Notes under the pieces: model-generated
What the model saw: the letters and a program-made list of their open reading frames with translations, nothing else
What the model was told of the DNA's origin: nothing
Databases searched by the model: none
Position numbers and translations under genes: made by a program
Assembly: GCA_045640525.1 (NCBI GenBank)
Contig: JAZUFE010000007.1
Span: 1,008-65,007 of the forward strand
Direction of reading: 5' to 3'
Source: Lachnospiraceae bacterium
GTDB lineage: Bacteria > Bacillota > Clostridia > Lachnospirales > Lachnospiraceae
DNA: 64,000 bases
In this document: positions 45,081-52,960 of the stretch, piece by piece
Layout of the letters: every line of letters begins with the position of its first letter
How positions within the stretch are numbered: the first letter of the stretch is position 1

Positions 45081-45108
45081 ATTTTAGGTTCGCGCAAGCA
45101 ATTGTCAG
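45081..45108 (-). promoter_or_regulatory. Candidate sigma-A promoter for codY (CTGACA-16 nt-TAAAAT)
   Basis: The minus strand reads CTGACA (45108-45103), a 16-nt spacer, then TAAAAT (45086-45081). It lies directly after the topA stop and just upstream of the hairpin. Confidence 0.35.
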
Positions 45109-45113
45109 ACAAC

Positions 45114-47084
45114 TTATATTGTCGGCTTCGTCCAACTCATATAATCGCATTCGGGATTTCCAAGGCATCCGTAATATCTGCGTCCTTTTCTTGTACGCTT
45201 AATCACAATATCCTGACCGCACTTGGGACACGGTACACCGATTTTTTCAAAGAACGGTTTGGTGTTTCTACACTCGGGGAATCCCGGGCAGGCAATAAAC
45301 TTGCCGTGTGCGCCATATTTAATAACCATCTGGCGGCCGCACTCTTCACAAATTTCTTCGGACAATTCATCCTTTATCTCAACCTGGGCAAGTTCAGCCT
45401 CGGCTTTATTAACGGCAGTATCCAAATCCGGATAGAAATTTTCTATAATAGTCTTCCACTTAACATTTCCGTCTTCAACCGCATCAAGCAATGCTTCCAT
45501 GTTAGCAGTGAAATTAACGTCCACTATCTCCGGGAAAGCATCAATCATCATCTGATTAACCACTTCACCGATTTCCGTAACAAATATATTTTTGCCTTCC
45601 TTAACAATATAACGTCTGTTAAGAATTACCCCTATGGTAGGAGCATACGTACTCGGGCGACCGATTCCAAGCTCCTCGAGGGCTCTGACGAGACTTGCCT
45701 CTGTGTAATGTGCCGGAGGCTGTGTGAAATGCTGTGTGCCCTCGACATCTTCAAGCGTTAAAATATCACCTGTTTTTATTGATGATGTAAGTGTATTGGG
45801 TTCTTCATTGTCATCATCGTCTTTATATACACTCATAAAGCCGTCAAATTTCAATTTAGATGCCGCTACCGTGAACCTGTGCTTGCCGGCATCAATCTTA
45901 ACGGATGTTGTCTCATATTTGGCATTTTCCATGCGGCTTGCAAGGAAACGCTTATAGATCAACTGATACAATCTAAGCTGCTCACGCGACAGCGAATCCT
46001 TGATTACGGATGGTTCAAACTCAAGATACGTAGGTCGAATTGCCTCATGCGCATCCTGTATCTTTTTATCATCCTTCTTAACCTGTGTCTTGGAAGCGGC
46101 ATATTCTTCGCCATACTTCTCCTTAATATAGCTTTCGGCTGCAGCCTCTGCCTCTGCCGAAACACGGGTTGAATCGGTTCTTAGATATGTAATAATTCCG
46201 ACAGTTCCGTGTCCTTTGATTGCTATACCTTCATATAACTGCTGCGCTATACGCATGGTTTTTTGCGTCGAATAATTCAGCTGCTTTGAAGCTTCCTGCT
46301 GAAGAGTTGACGTCGTGAAAGGAAGCGGTGCCTTTTTGGTTCTTTCGCCAACCTTGACATCCGCAACTTCAAACTTGGATTTCTTAATATCTTTAATAAT
46401 ACCGTCGGATTGTTCTTTTGAAGTTATGTCAACCTTTGTGTCTTTTTCGCCATAGTACTTGGCTATCAAAGGCTTCTTCTGTCCCTTTAACGAGAATGAT
46501 GCCTCCATCGTCCAATACTCTTCCGGAACAAATGCGGCGATTTCATTCTCACGGTCGCAGATAATTCTAAGAGCAACAGACTGAACACGGCCTGCAGACA
46601 GACCTCTTTTGACTTTAGCCCAAAGAATCGGTGAAATTCTGTATCCCACAACACGGTCCAAAATACGTCTGGCCTGTTGTGCATCAACCAGATTCATATC
46701 GATGTCTCTGGCATTTTTCAATGATTCCTTAACCGCTGTTTTGGTAATTTCATTAAATGTAATTCTCTTGACCTTCTTATCTTCCATCTTAATTGCTTTG
46801 GTCAAGTGCCAGCTGATAGCCTCACCTTCACGGTCAGGGTCAGTTGCAAGATATATCGTATCGGCTTTCTTAACTTCCTTTCTTAATGAAGCAAGCAGAT
46901 CGCCCTTACCTCTTATTGTAATATATTTAGGTTCATAACCGTTCTGAGGATCAACTCCCAGTTGAGATTTCGGAAGGTCTCTTACATGACCTTGTGATGC
47001 AACAACCTCATAATTACTTCCCAAAAACTTTTTAATTGTATTCACCTTGGCAGGTGACTCCACAATGACCAGATTTTTTGCCAT
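45114..47084 (-). CDS. topA: DNA topoisomerase I
   Basis: 656 aa. Toprim N-terminus LVIVESPAKVNTIKKFLG, DPDREGEAISWH, the active-site region ITYLRTDSTR, and C-terminal Cys4 zinc ribbons (CEECGRQM...CPGFPEC; CPKCG...CLGNPEC). Confidence 0.97.
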   Translation of the reverse strand: MAKNLVIVESPAKVNTIKKFLGSNYEVVASQGHVRDLPKSQLGVDPQNGYEPKYITIRGKGDLLASLRKEVKKADTIYLATDPDREGEAISWHLTKAIKMEDKKVKRITFNEITKTAVKESLKNARDIDMNLVDAQQARRILDRVVGYRISPILWAKVKRGLSAGRVQSVALRIICDRENEIAAFVPEEYWTMEASFSLKGQKKPLIAKYYGEKDTKVDITSKEQSDGIIKDIKKSKFEVADVKVGERTKKAPLPFTTSTLQQEASKQLNYSTQKTMRIAQQLYEGIAIKGHGTVGIITYLRTDSTRVSAEAEAAAESYIKEKYGEEYAASKTQVKKDDKKIQDAHEAIRPTYLEFEPSVIKDSLSREQLRLYQLIYKRFLASRMENAKYETTSVKIDAGKHRFTVAASKLKFDGFMSVYKDDDDNEEPNTLTSSIKTGDILTLEDVEGTQHFTQPPAHYTEASLVRALEELGIGRPSTYAPTIGVILNRRYIVKEGKNIFVTEIGEVVNQMMIDAFPEIVDVNFTANMEALLDAVEDGNVKWKTIIENFYPDLDTAVNKAEAELAQVEIKDELSEEICEECGRQMVIKYGAHGKFIACPGFPECRNTKPFFEKIGVPCPKCGQDIVIKRTRKGRRYYGCLGNPECDYMSWTKPTI

Positions 47085-47159
47085 TTCGATTTCCTTTTTA
47101 TGTACCCCTCATCCAACCGCAAACAACTGCTGTTTCAACGATTGCGCTTACGAATTGCT

Positions 47160-47188
47160 ATTTTAGTAAGGAAAAAAGATTCTGTCAA
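47160..47188 (-). promoter_or_regulatory. Candidate sigma-A promoter for topA (TTGACA-17 nt-TAAAAT)
   Basis: The minus strand reads TTGACA (47188-47183), a 17-nt spacer, then TAAAAT (47165-47160), about 75 nt upstream of the topA ATG. Confidence 0.5.
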
Positions 47189-47202
47189 GAATTTTCAAAT
47201 AA

Positions 47203-47234
47203 AATCGCCAATATGCCTAAGCACACTGGCGATT
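47203..47234 (-). terminator. Candidate terminator of the pilus operon
   Basis: AATCGCCA (47203-47210) pairs with TGGCGATT (47227-47234), with a 16-nt loop that has some internal pairing. On the minus strand TTATTTGAAAATT follows. It lies 22 nt after the stop of the giant gene. Confidence 0.45.
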
Positions 47235-47255
47235 AATTATTCATTACGACATTGA

Positions 47256-50200
47256 TTATTCAAGTTCAAACAACTGAGCCGCACTTATACTTAATCCCGA
47301 CATACGCTCGGTTGCGGGAAGCTCATCATATGTGCCGTCAACCATGGCCCCTTCGGTTCCGATTCTGATATAGAACTCATTCAAATCGTCTCCCAAAATA
47401 CCTGTACCGAAGTTAATATCACCAAGCGAGAAGTACGTCTGGTATATCTTATAGTTGGTCAAAACATCCGATGCAACGAGCGTCCTGGTTCCGTCACCCG
47501 CAACCTGATAGAAGCCCTTGGAAGAGGCGGGAGTAACCCTCTTATAATACTTGTTACCAATAGTAAGTGTAGCCTCACCGGGATTTTTAACCTGCACATA
47601 ATATGCCGCATATATAGGCTTACCGCTGTCTTTGAAGTTATTGTTCATAACCTTAAAGTTAACCGTAAGATACTCATCAAGCCAGCGTCCCGTCGTCGAA
47701 TCGGAATCGGCATCCTCCATATCTTTGGCCATCTGCACATCGTAAGGAAGAATAGATGACTTAATTTCCGGAGCCGACTCCCACGGATTAGCCTTAAATA
47801 CAACTCTGGGAGCATGTAAACCGTTATTGTATGCTGCAATCAGCGTGTTAACGAAAAGTTTTCTCTCCTGATCGGAGCTGACCGCACTGTGTCCGGAACC
47901 TGTATAAACAACATTTCCTTTACTGAAAATATAGTAATTGTTTCGTACATCATTAGGGATAGCCCTGTAATATCTGTGAGATGGCGTATATCCATCGGTT
48001 GATTCAATATTGTTGCTTATCGTGTACCATACCACAACATCATCATTGGTATTGTCATCCAATGAATCCGTATCCAGATTAAGCTGGAAATACTGCGCAT
48101 GCGTTGCTGCCACGTTGAAAGTATCTCCCACATTCTGCGTAATAAGGAACGGATACTGGGTTATCTGTCCGTTGTTAACTGCCGTAACCGTCTCAACCTC
48201 GCTCGTATTGGTACCCGTAGATTGGTATGCCTTAAGATTGGTAGCTTTTAATGAAGTATTACCGTATCCCGTAGTTTGAGCGAATCTGTTACTGTCACTT
48301 TCATTCATACCCGTCTTTTCAACCTCATCCCCCTTAAGCTTGGCATAATCATATACCGATTTATACTCACCTACGGTAACACCCGGGCGGTCGAATTTGT
48401 ATGTATTATCACTAAAGTTCAAGACATTGAATCTGTCCATACCCTGAATATCACGCCAGAAATTATTGGCATAATATCCCCATGCATCCATACCCGTTCT
48501 GTGCGAACTAAGGTCATGGGTAAACAATATGCTTCGTCCGGACAGCGCATATTCTCTAATTGCCAGAGCAGCGTCATGATATATATCACGACGATTCATC
48601 CAGCCGTTACCCGCTACATAAACCGTATCCCAGTTAAGGTGATCCGCATCCATATTAAATCCGTACATATCGGTGAATCCGAGCACTACCATATCAAACT
48701 GGCAAAGATAATCGTAATACGAATACTTAGACTGATCGGATGCCGAGCCGTCCGAGTTGGTACCATACTTAATCAAATACTGGAATACATCCTTGGTGGT
48801 AACCTGAACGTCAAAGTCTTCAACCTGGTTATAAAGATAGTCCATAGCCGCATTTGACAGATTGAAGGTATTGGTCTGATTAACCGGTACTATCTGAAGT
48901 ACCTTAACAATCGGCCGCTGACCTTCCGCCGGCACTGCGGAATAACCCGTAATAGCGCTTCTGACACTCGTCTCGTCCGAATCCGAAGTCTGTGTCTTCT
49001 TTTCGTTTTGAATGAATGCCAATTTCCACGAAATAAATCCTACATAGTCCTCAGGCGTTCTTCTTGAAATATTGTATGTATTTCCGGCATAAAGATGGAA
49101 CTTACCGTCCGAAGTATCCTGTCCCTCGATTTCTATACCGTCCTGAGCCTCGTCTTCTTCGAATTTGCCGTCCGCATCCATATCAAGATACAATTTACAG
49201 TCATATGAAGTTCCTGCCGGATCCAATGCCACATTGTTATTGAGCTTAACCTTATATCTAAGATGATAGAATCCGTCACCTTCTTTGGTCAGATATCTTC
49301 CCTGCGAATCGGTTCCGTCGTTATACGCCTGAGGCTTCTCCAAAACCTCGAGCTCAAGCTTCGAAATATTCACATACTTAATGAAGTCACTTCTGTTGGT
49401 ATCATATCCTCGCTGCTCTACCTCAAGTGCACCCTTTCGGAATACGTTCTTTCCATAATAAAGATATGAGTCATCCTTCTTGGCCAGTACTACATCCTTA
49501 ATGAATTCATACATATGAGAAGAGCTGTCAACTCTTGATGTATTTATATCTTTAATGGTTCCGTCATCATTAAGATTAAAGAAGTCATCCGAAACAAGCA
49601 CAGCATAACCAGCACGCACATATTCGGTCAATTCTCTTAACTTATCACTTGTAATATCATTTCCTGCGAATCTTACGTCCTTCGTATTGTCTTCAAAATT
49701 GGCATTAACCTGATCACCAACATGAGCATAAACAAGTCCGTTCATTCCCGAATTATTATAAACAGTAGTAAATTTCTCGGAATTAAGAGCCGTATTCATC
49801 AGCATCTTATCCATACCGATGTATATCATGTCATAAGTTGCGTTAAGATCGTCATTATGACCGATGAATTCCTTGGTACCCATCTGCGTAACAGTGATAT
49901 CAAACTCATCCTTCTCCTCATCCGTAGGATTAATAAGATTGGTCAATACCCAGTCTTTACTGATGATGTCACGATACTTGGCATTATATATATCTTTGCT
50001 CTTATTGACACTGTCGGTATCATAAGTAGCTATATTATTCGAATCGGTTAAATAGTTCTGGTCCTCATACTGCGAAGACTGATACGGTTCAATATCCAAA
50101 ATATTAAGTTTAGTTTTAACAACATACCTGTTATTATTGGCATTCAGAATGTATCTGATACTTGTTGCCTTGGATATGGCGGAGTTAAAATCATCCCATT

Positions 50201-52940
50201 CACCGTATGTTTCGATAATAGGTCTTTCATTATCGTATTCGTTTTGAATCTCATCAAAACCGTGTATGCTCTCAAGCTTACCGTCCGAATATGCGGAATT
50301 GAAATTCGGAGCTATTATCTTCGCATTGGTATCGGTAGATACGTGTCCTTGTTCATTAACCGTTCCGTCATCATTGTATGTAGTATCTACCCAGTCATCG
50401 TTAACAAATACCGTTCCGCATACGAAGCTCACATCTTTATCATCCAGCACATCTCGGATTGAATAACGCATGCTTTTTAGTGAGCTTGACCTGTGAGTAC
50501 TTATGTAATTATCAATTCCATACTGTTCGGGGTGATCCTCATCTGCCGGAATAATATCAGAATTGGGTCTGTTGGCGAAATTATCGATGGTATTGTCAAC
50601 AGAATAAGATACCGTTCCCGTCAACGCTGCCCAGTCTTCTTCACTGATACTTTTCTTGTTGCTTTGCATTAATGACATGGCAAGAAGTGTCAGGTTGACC
50701 CTTTCGGAATTGGCATTCATATCATCGTCATCTGCGAACGCAACGGTAAAATCACTACGCTTATCAAGATTGGCATAATATGTGGACCTCTCCATTGCTA
50801 CCGGGAAGTTATCCTCAACTACCTTATTCAAAATCTTCCGTCCTACGGAAGCCGAAATATCTTCAGTATATCTGCCGCCTGCAAAATATATCAAATCAGC
50901 TTCGCCCAATTCGTCATCGGACAGTTCACTGAGCATTTGAGCAGTAATGGGCTTAACGTCTATATACAGATTGTCGCATTGAGAGCCCGAATCTCTGTCA
51001 AATACGAATCTCTTAAACCACTCATTATTGTATATTCCGCCTGCATAAGTAACGGTTTGATAAACCTCCTTCGTGTAATCGGCGTAGAAATTGTAATCCC
51101 CCTCGGGATTGCCCGAACCATCTACCGCATATACATAATCATCCGTTTCGGCAGTTCTGATATAATACGGTCCCTTATCGGTTGCACAGTTACCGCTGTC
51201 ATATGAATCACCGAGTACTTCCGTATATTCTACTCTTCTTCCGAGGAAAGACTCATCATCCTCAACGACACTGTTAATAATAAGACAATCCGCTTCCGCT
51301 TCACTGATTTCGGTTACTATATAGTAATAATACTGAGTACCGTCAGTTACTTCGCCGGGGCCTATGGTTCCGTCGCCGTCATCATCATAGCCGTCTCCGT
51401 CATATAGCATTTCCTCACGGGGAGCAATTCTTCCCGGTGCGGGCACGAAATCTATTTCAAAGCCGGGATTATTATCTATAGGATTACCGTTCGGGTCTGT
51501 TTGATCATTTCCGGTATTCCCGTCGGTACCTGTTCCATCTCCGCCGGTATTTTGATCGCCACCTGTTTCATCGTTTCCGGTATTTCCATCGGTGCCATCA
51601 TCGCCTGTTCCACCATCTCCTTGCGGTACCTGCGTCGGAGACTCACTTGGTGTAGCCGTAGGATTTATATTATCTGTAGGCGTAGGTGTTGCATTAGAAT
51701 CCGGTGTTCCTGTCGGTGCAGGCGATGCATTAGGATCCAATGTCCCCGTAGGTGTAGGCGTAGCGTTAGGGTCCGGTGTTCCCGTAGGTGTAGGCGTAGC
51801 GTTAGGATCCGGCGTACCTGTCGGTGTAGGCGTAGGTCTTGCTAAACTTCTGAACCCACCCATTGATGATAACGAATATGGCGTTGCCGTATACGGGAAA
51901 TCACTGTCATTTCCGTTATATCTTCTCAAAACCAGATTACCGTTGGAAGCCTGCTCTATCTTACCAAAGCTCTCAAGATAATCTCCGTTTGGATTTTCCG
52001 AAATAAATATCCACTGCCCTTCCTCAAGGGTAGTAGAAGCCGTCACCAAAGATGCCTTGAAATACTGCCAGTTATAAATAGGGAGTGTCCGGTCTGTAGA
52101 ACCGTTAACCTCATGACCGCCCTCATCATCTCTGGATTGAATCGGCATAATATCATCGCTGCCCGGCTTCTTAATCTGAATTCTGTATGCACCTGTGTAA
52201 TAGTCACTCTGTTCTCTGTATGCTTCAGTATGTCTGTAGGGAACGTCAATATTATCGGCTTCCCACAAATTGTTGACAGGATAAGTGTCCTTGCCGTCTA
52301 TGGTTCCGGTCGAAGGCTTGATACTGTAATTATAATCACTTGGAGCTTCACCGTAATACTTGGCTTGGAATGCATCGGAATAATCGTTCGGATCATAATA
52401 TCCCGTGTCTGCATCCACACTCTTGAACGTACCTCTTACATCGGTTGTTCTCGAATCCGGAGTAGGATCTTCGGGATTGACCGGAGTAGGTACCGGCTCC
52501 GTATATTTATTCTCTTCGGAGTAAGAATATGCTCCTTCATTCAAAAGAGCTTTGGCCGAGTCGAAATTGAAGTTGGAATCTCCGCTGTGAGAATCCGCAT
52601 AAGGATCGAACTTATTGCCAAACCATCTGTTTCGCTCCCGCTCAGACGGCATATCTTTAATGGATTTACCTTCGTGAATCGGCTCCTCTCCGCCAACAAG
52701 ATAACCTAGCGAAGCATCCGCAAGGTTGGGAACAACTTCATAAATGATAAACGGGTTAGGCGCTTCGTCACCGCTCTTTTGCGTATGCTCACTGACAATA
52801 TCCTCGATACCTCTTAAGGTAACGCGGGCATAAGCCTTATCGGAATTAAAATAGAGCGCACCTGCAACCGTCGTTGCCAAAAGAGCAACAGCCACACCCG
52901 ATGCCAATATTCTGTTTCTAAGCTTATGAGATACTTTCAA
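47256..52940 (-). CDS. Giant (~1,895 aa) secreted or N-terminally anchored protein of unknown function; last gene of the pilus operon
   Basis: Uninterrupted ORF 47256-52955. There is no in-frame ATG near the 5' end. The TTG at 52940 is preceded by GGAGAG with a 7-nt spacer, giving MKVSHKLRNRILASGVAVALLATTVAGALYFNSDKAYA (signal peptide or signal anchor with an AYA site). It has no prepilin motif and no LPXTG. It contains Pro/Thr and Gly/Asp/Thr/Asn linkers, EF-hand-like loops, and recurring (I/V)L(D/Q/E)(I/V)xP ... D(L/M)(I/V)(Y/V)xG modules. Only 5 nt separate the ORF from the upstream gene. Confidence 0.8.
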   Translation of the reverse strand: MKVSHKLRNRILASGVAVALLATTVAGALYFNSDKAYARVTLRGIEDIVSEHTQKSGDEAPNPFIIYEVVPNLADASLGYLVGGEEPIHEGKSIKDMPSERERNRWFGNKFDPYADSHSGDSNFNFDSAKALLNEGAYSYSEENKYTEPVPTPVNPEDPTPDSRTTDVRGTFKSVDADTGYYDPNDYSDAFQAKYYGEAPSDYNYSIKPSTGTIDGKDTYPVNNLWEADNIDVPYRHTEAYREQSDYYTGAYRIQIKKPGSDDIMPIQSRDDEGGHEVNGSTDRTLPIYNWQYFKASLVTASTTLEEGQWIFISENPNGDYLESFGKIEQASNGNLVLRRYNGNDSDFPYTATPYSLSSMGGFRSLARPTPTPTGTPDPNATPTPTGTPDPNATPTPTGTLDPNASPAPTGTPDSNATPTPTDNINPTATPSESPTQVPQGDGGTGDDGTDGNTGNDETGGDQNTGGDGTGTDGNTGNDQTDPNGNPIDNNPGFEIDFVPAPGRIAPREEMLYDGDGYDDDGDGTIGPGEVTDGTQYYYYIVTEISEAEADCLIINSVVEDDESFLGRRVEYTEVLGDSYDSGNCATDKGPYYIRTAETDDYVYAVDGSGNPEGDYNFYADYTKEVYQTVTYAGGIYNNEWFKRFVFDRDSGSQCDNLYIDVKPITAQMLSELSDDELGEADLIYFAGGRYTEDISASVGRKILNKVVEDNFPVAMERSTYYANLDKRSDFTVAFADDDDMNANSERVNLTLLAMSLMQSNKKSISEEDWAALTGTVSYSVDNTIDNFANRPNSDIIPADEDHPEQYGIDNYISTHRSSSLKSMRYSIRDVLDDKDVSFVCGTVFVNDDWVDTTYNDDGTVNEQGHVSTDTNAKIIAPNFNSAYSDGKLESIHGFDEIQNEYDNERPIIETYGEWDDFNSAISKATSIRYILNANNNRYVVKTKLNILDIEPYQSSQYEDQNYLTDSNNIATYDTDSVNKSKDIYNAKYRDIISKDWVLTNLINPTDEEKDEFDITVTQMGTKEFIGHNDDLNATYDMIYIGMDKMLMNTALNSEKFTTVYNNSGMNGLVYAHVGDQVNANFEDNTKDVRFAGNDITSDKLRELTEYVRAGYAVLVSDDFFNLNDDGTIKDINTSRVDSSSHMYEFIKDVVLAKKDDSYLYYGKNVFRKGALEVEQRGYDTNRSDFIKYVNISKLELEVLEKPQAYNDGTDSQGRYLTKEGDGFYHLRYKVKLNNNVALDPAGTSYDCKLYLDMDADGKFEEDEAQDGIEIEGQDTSDGKFHLYAGNTYNISRRTPEDYVGFISWKLAFIQNEKKTQTSDSDETSVRSAITGYSAVPAEGQRPIVKVLQIVPVNQTNTFNLSNAAMDYLYNQVEDFDVQVTTKDVFQYLIKYGTNSDGSASDQSKYSYYDYLCQFDMVVLGFTDMYGFNMDADHLNWDTVYVAGNGWMNRRDIYHDAALAIREYALSGRSILFTHDLSSHRTGMDAWGYYANNFWRDIQGMDRFNVLNFSDNTYKFDRPGVTVGEYKSVYDYAKLKGDEVEKTGMNESDSNRFAQTTGYGNTSLKATNLKAYQSTGTNTSEVETVTAVNNGQITQYPFLITQNVGDTFNVAATHAQYFQLNLDTDSLDDNTNDDVVVWYTISNNIESTDGYTPSHRYYRAIPNDVRNNYYIFSKGNVVYTGSGHSAVSSDQERKLFVNTLIAAYNNGLHAPRVVFKANPWESAPEIKSSILPYDVQMAKDMEDADSDSTTGRWLDEYLTVNFKVMNNNFKDSGKPIYAAYYVQVKNPGEATLTIGNKYYKRVTPASSKGFYQVAGDGTRTLVASDVLTNYKIYQTYFSLGDINFGTGILGDDLNEFYIRIGTEGAMVDGTYDELPATERMSGLSISAAQLFELE
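51675..51839 (-). repeat. Tandem 36-nt (12-aa TPTPTGTPDPNA) coding repeats, about 4.5 copies
   Basis: Residues 373-427 of the giant ORF read RPTPTPTGTPDPNATPTPTGTPDPNATPTPTGTLDPNASPAPTGTPDSNATPTPT. Near-identical 36-nt units are visible in the DNA (GTAGGTGTAGGCGTAGCGTTAGGGTCCGGTGTTCCC on the plus strand). Confidence 0.9.
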
Positions 52941-52960
52941 AACTCTACTCTCCAAACTGA

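Noticed and set aside
47189-47203. A CodY-box-like sequence, AATTTTCAAATAAAA, near the topA promoter, and AATTTTTTGGTCAAA in the flgB upstream region.
   Set aside because: They match only about 11 of 15 and 8 of 15 positions of the AATTTTCWGAAAATT consensus, in AT-rich DNA. Matches of that quality are expected by chance.
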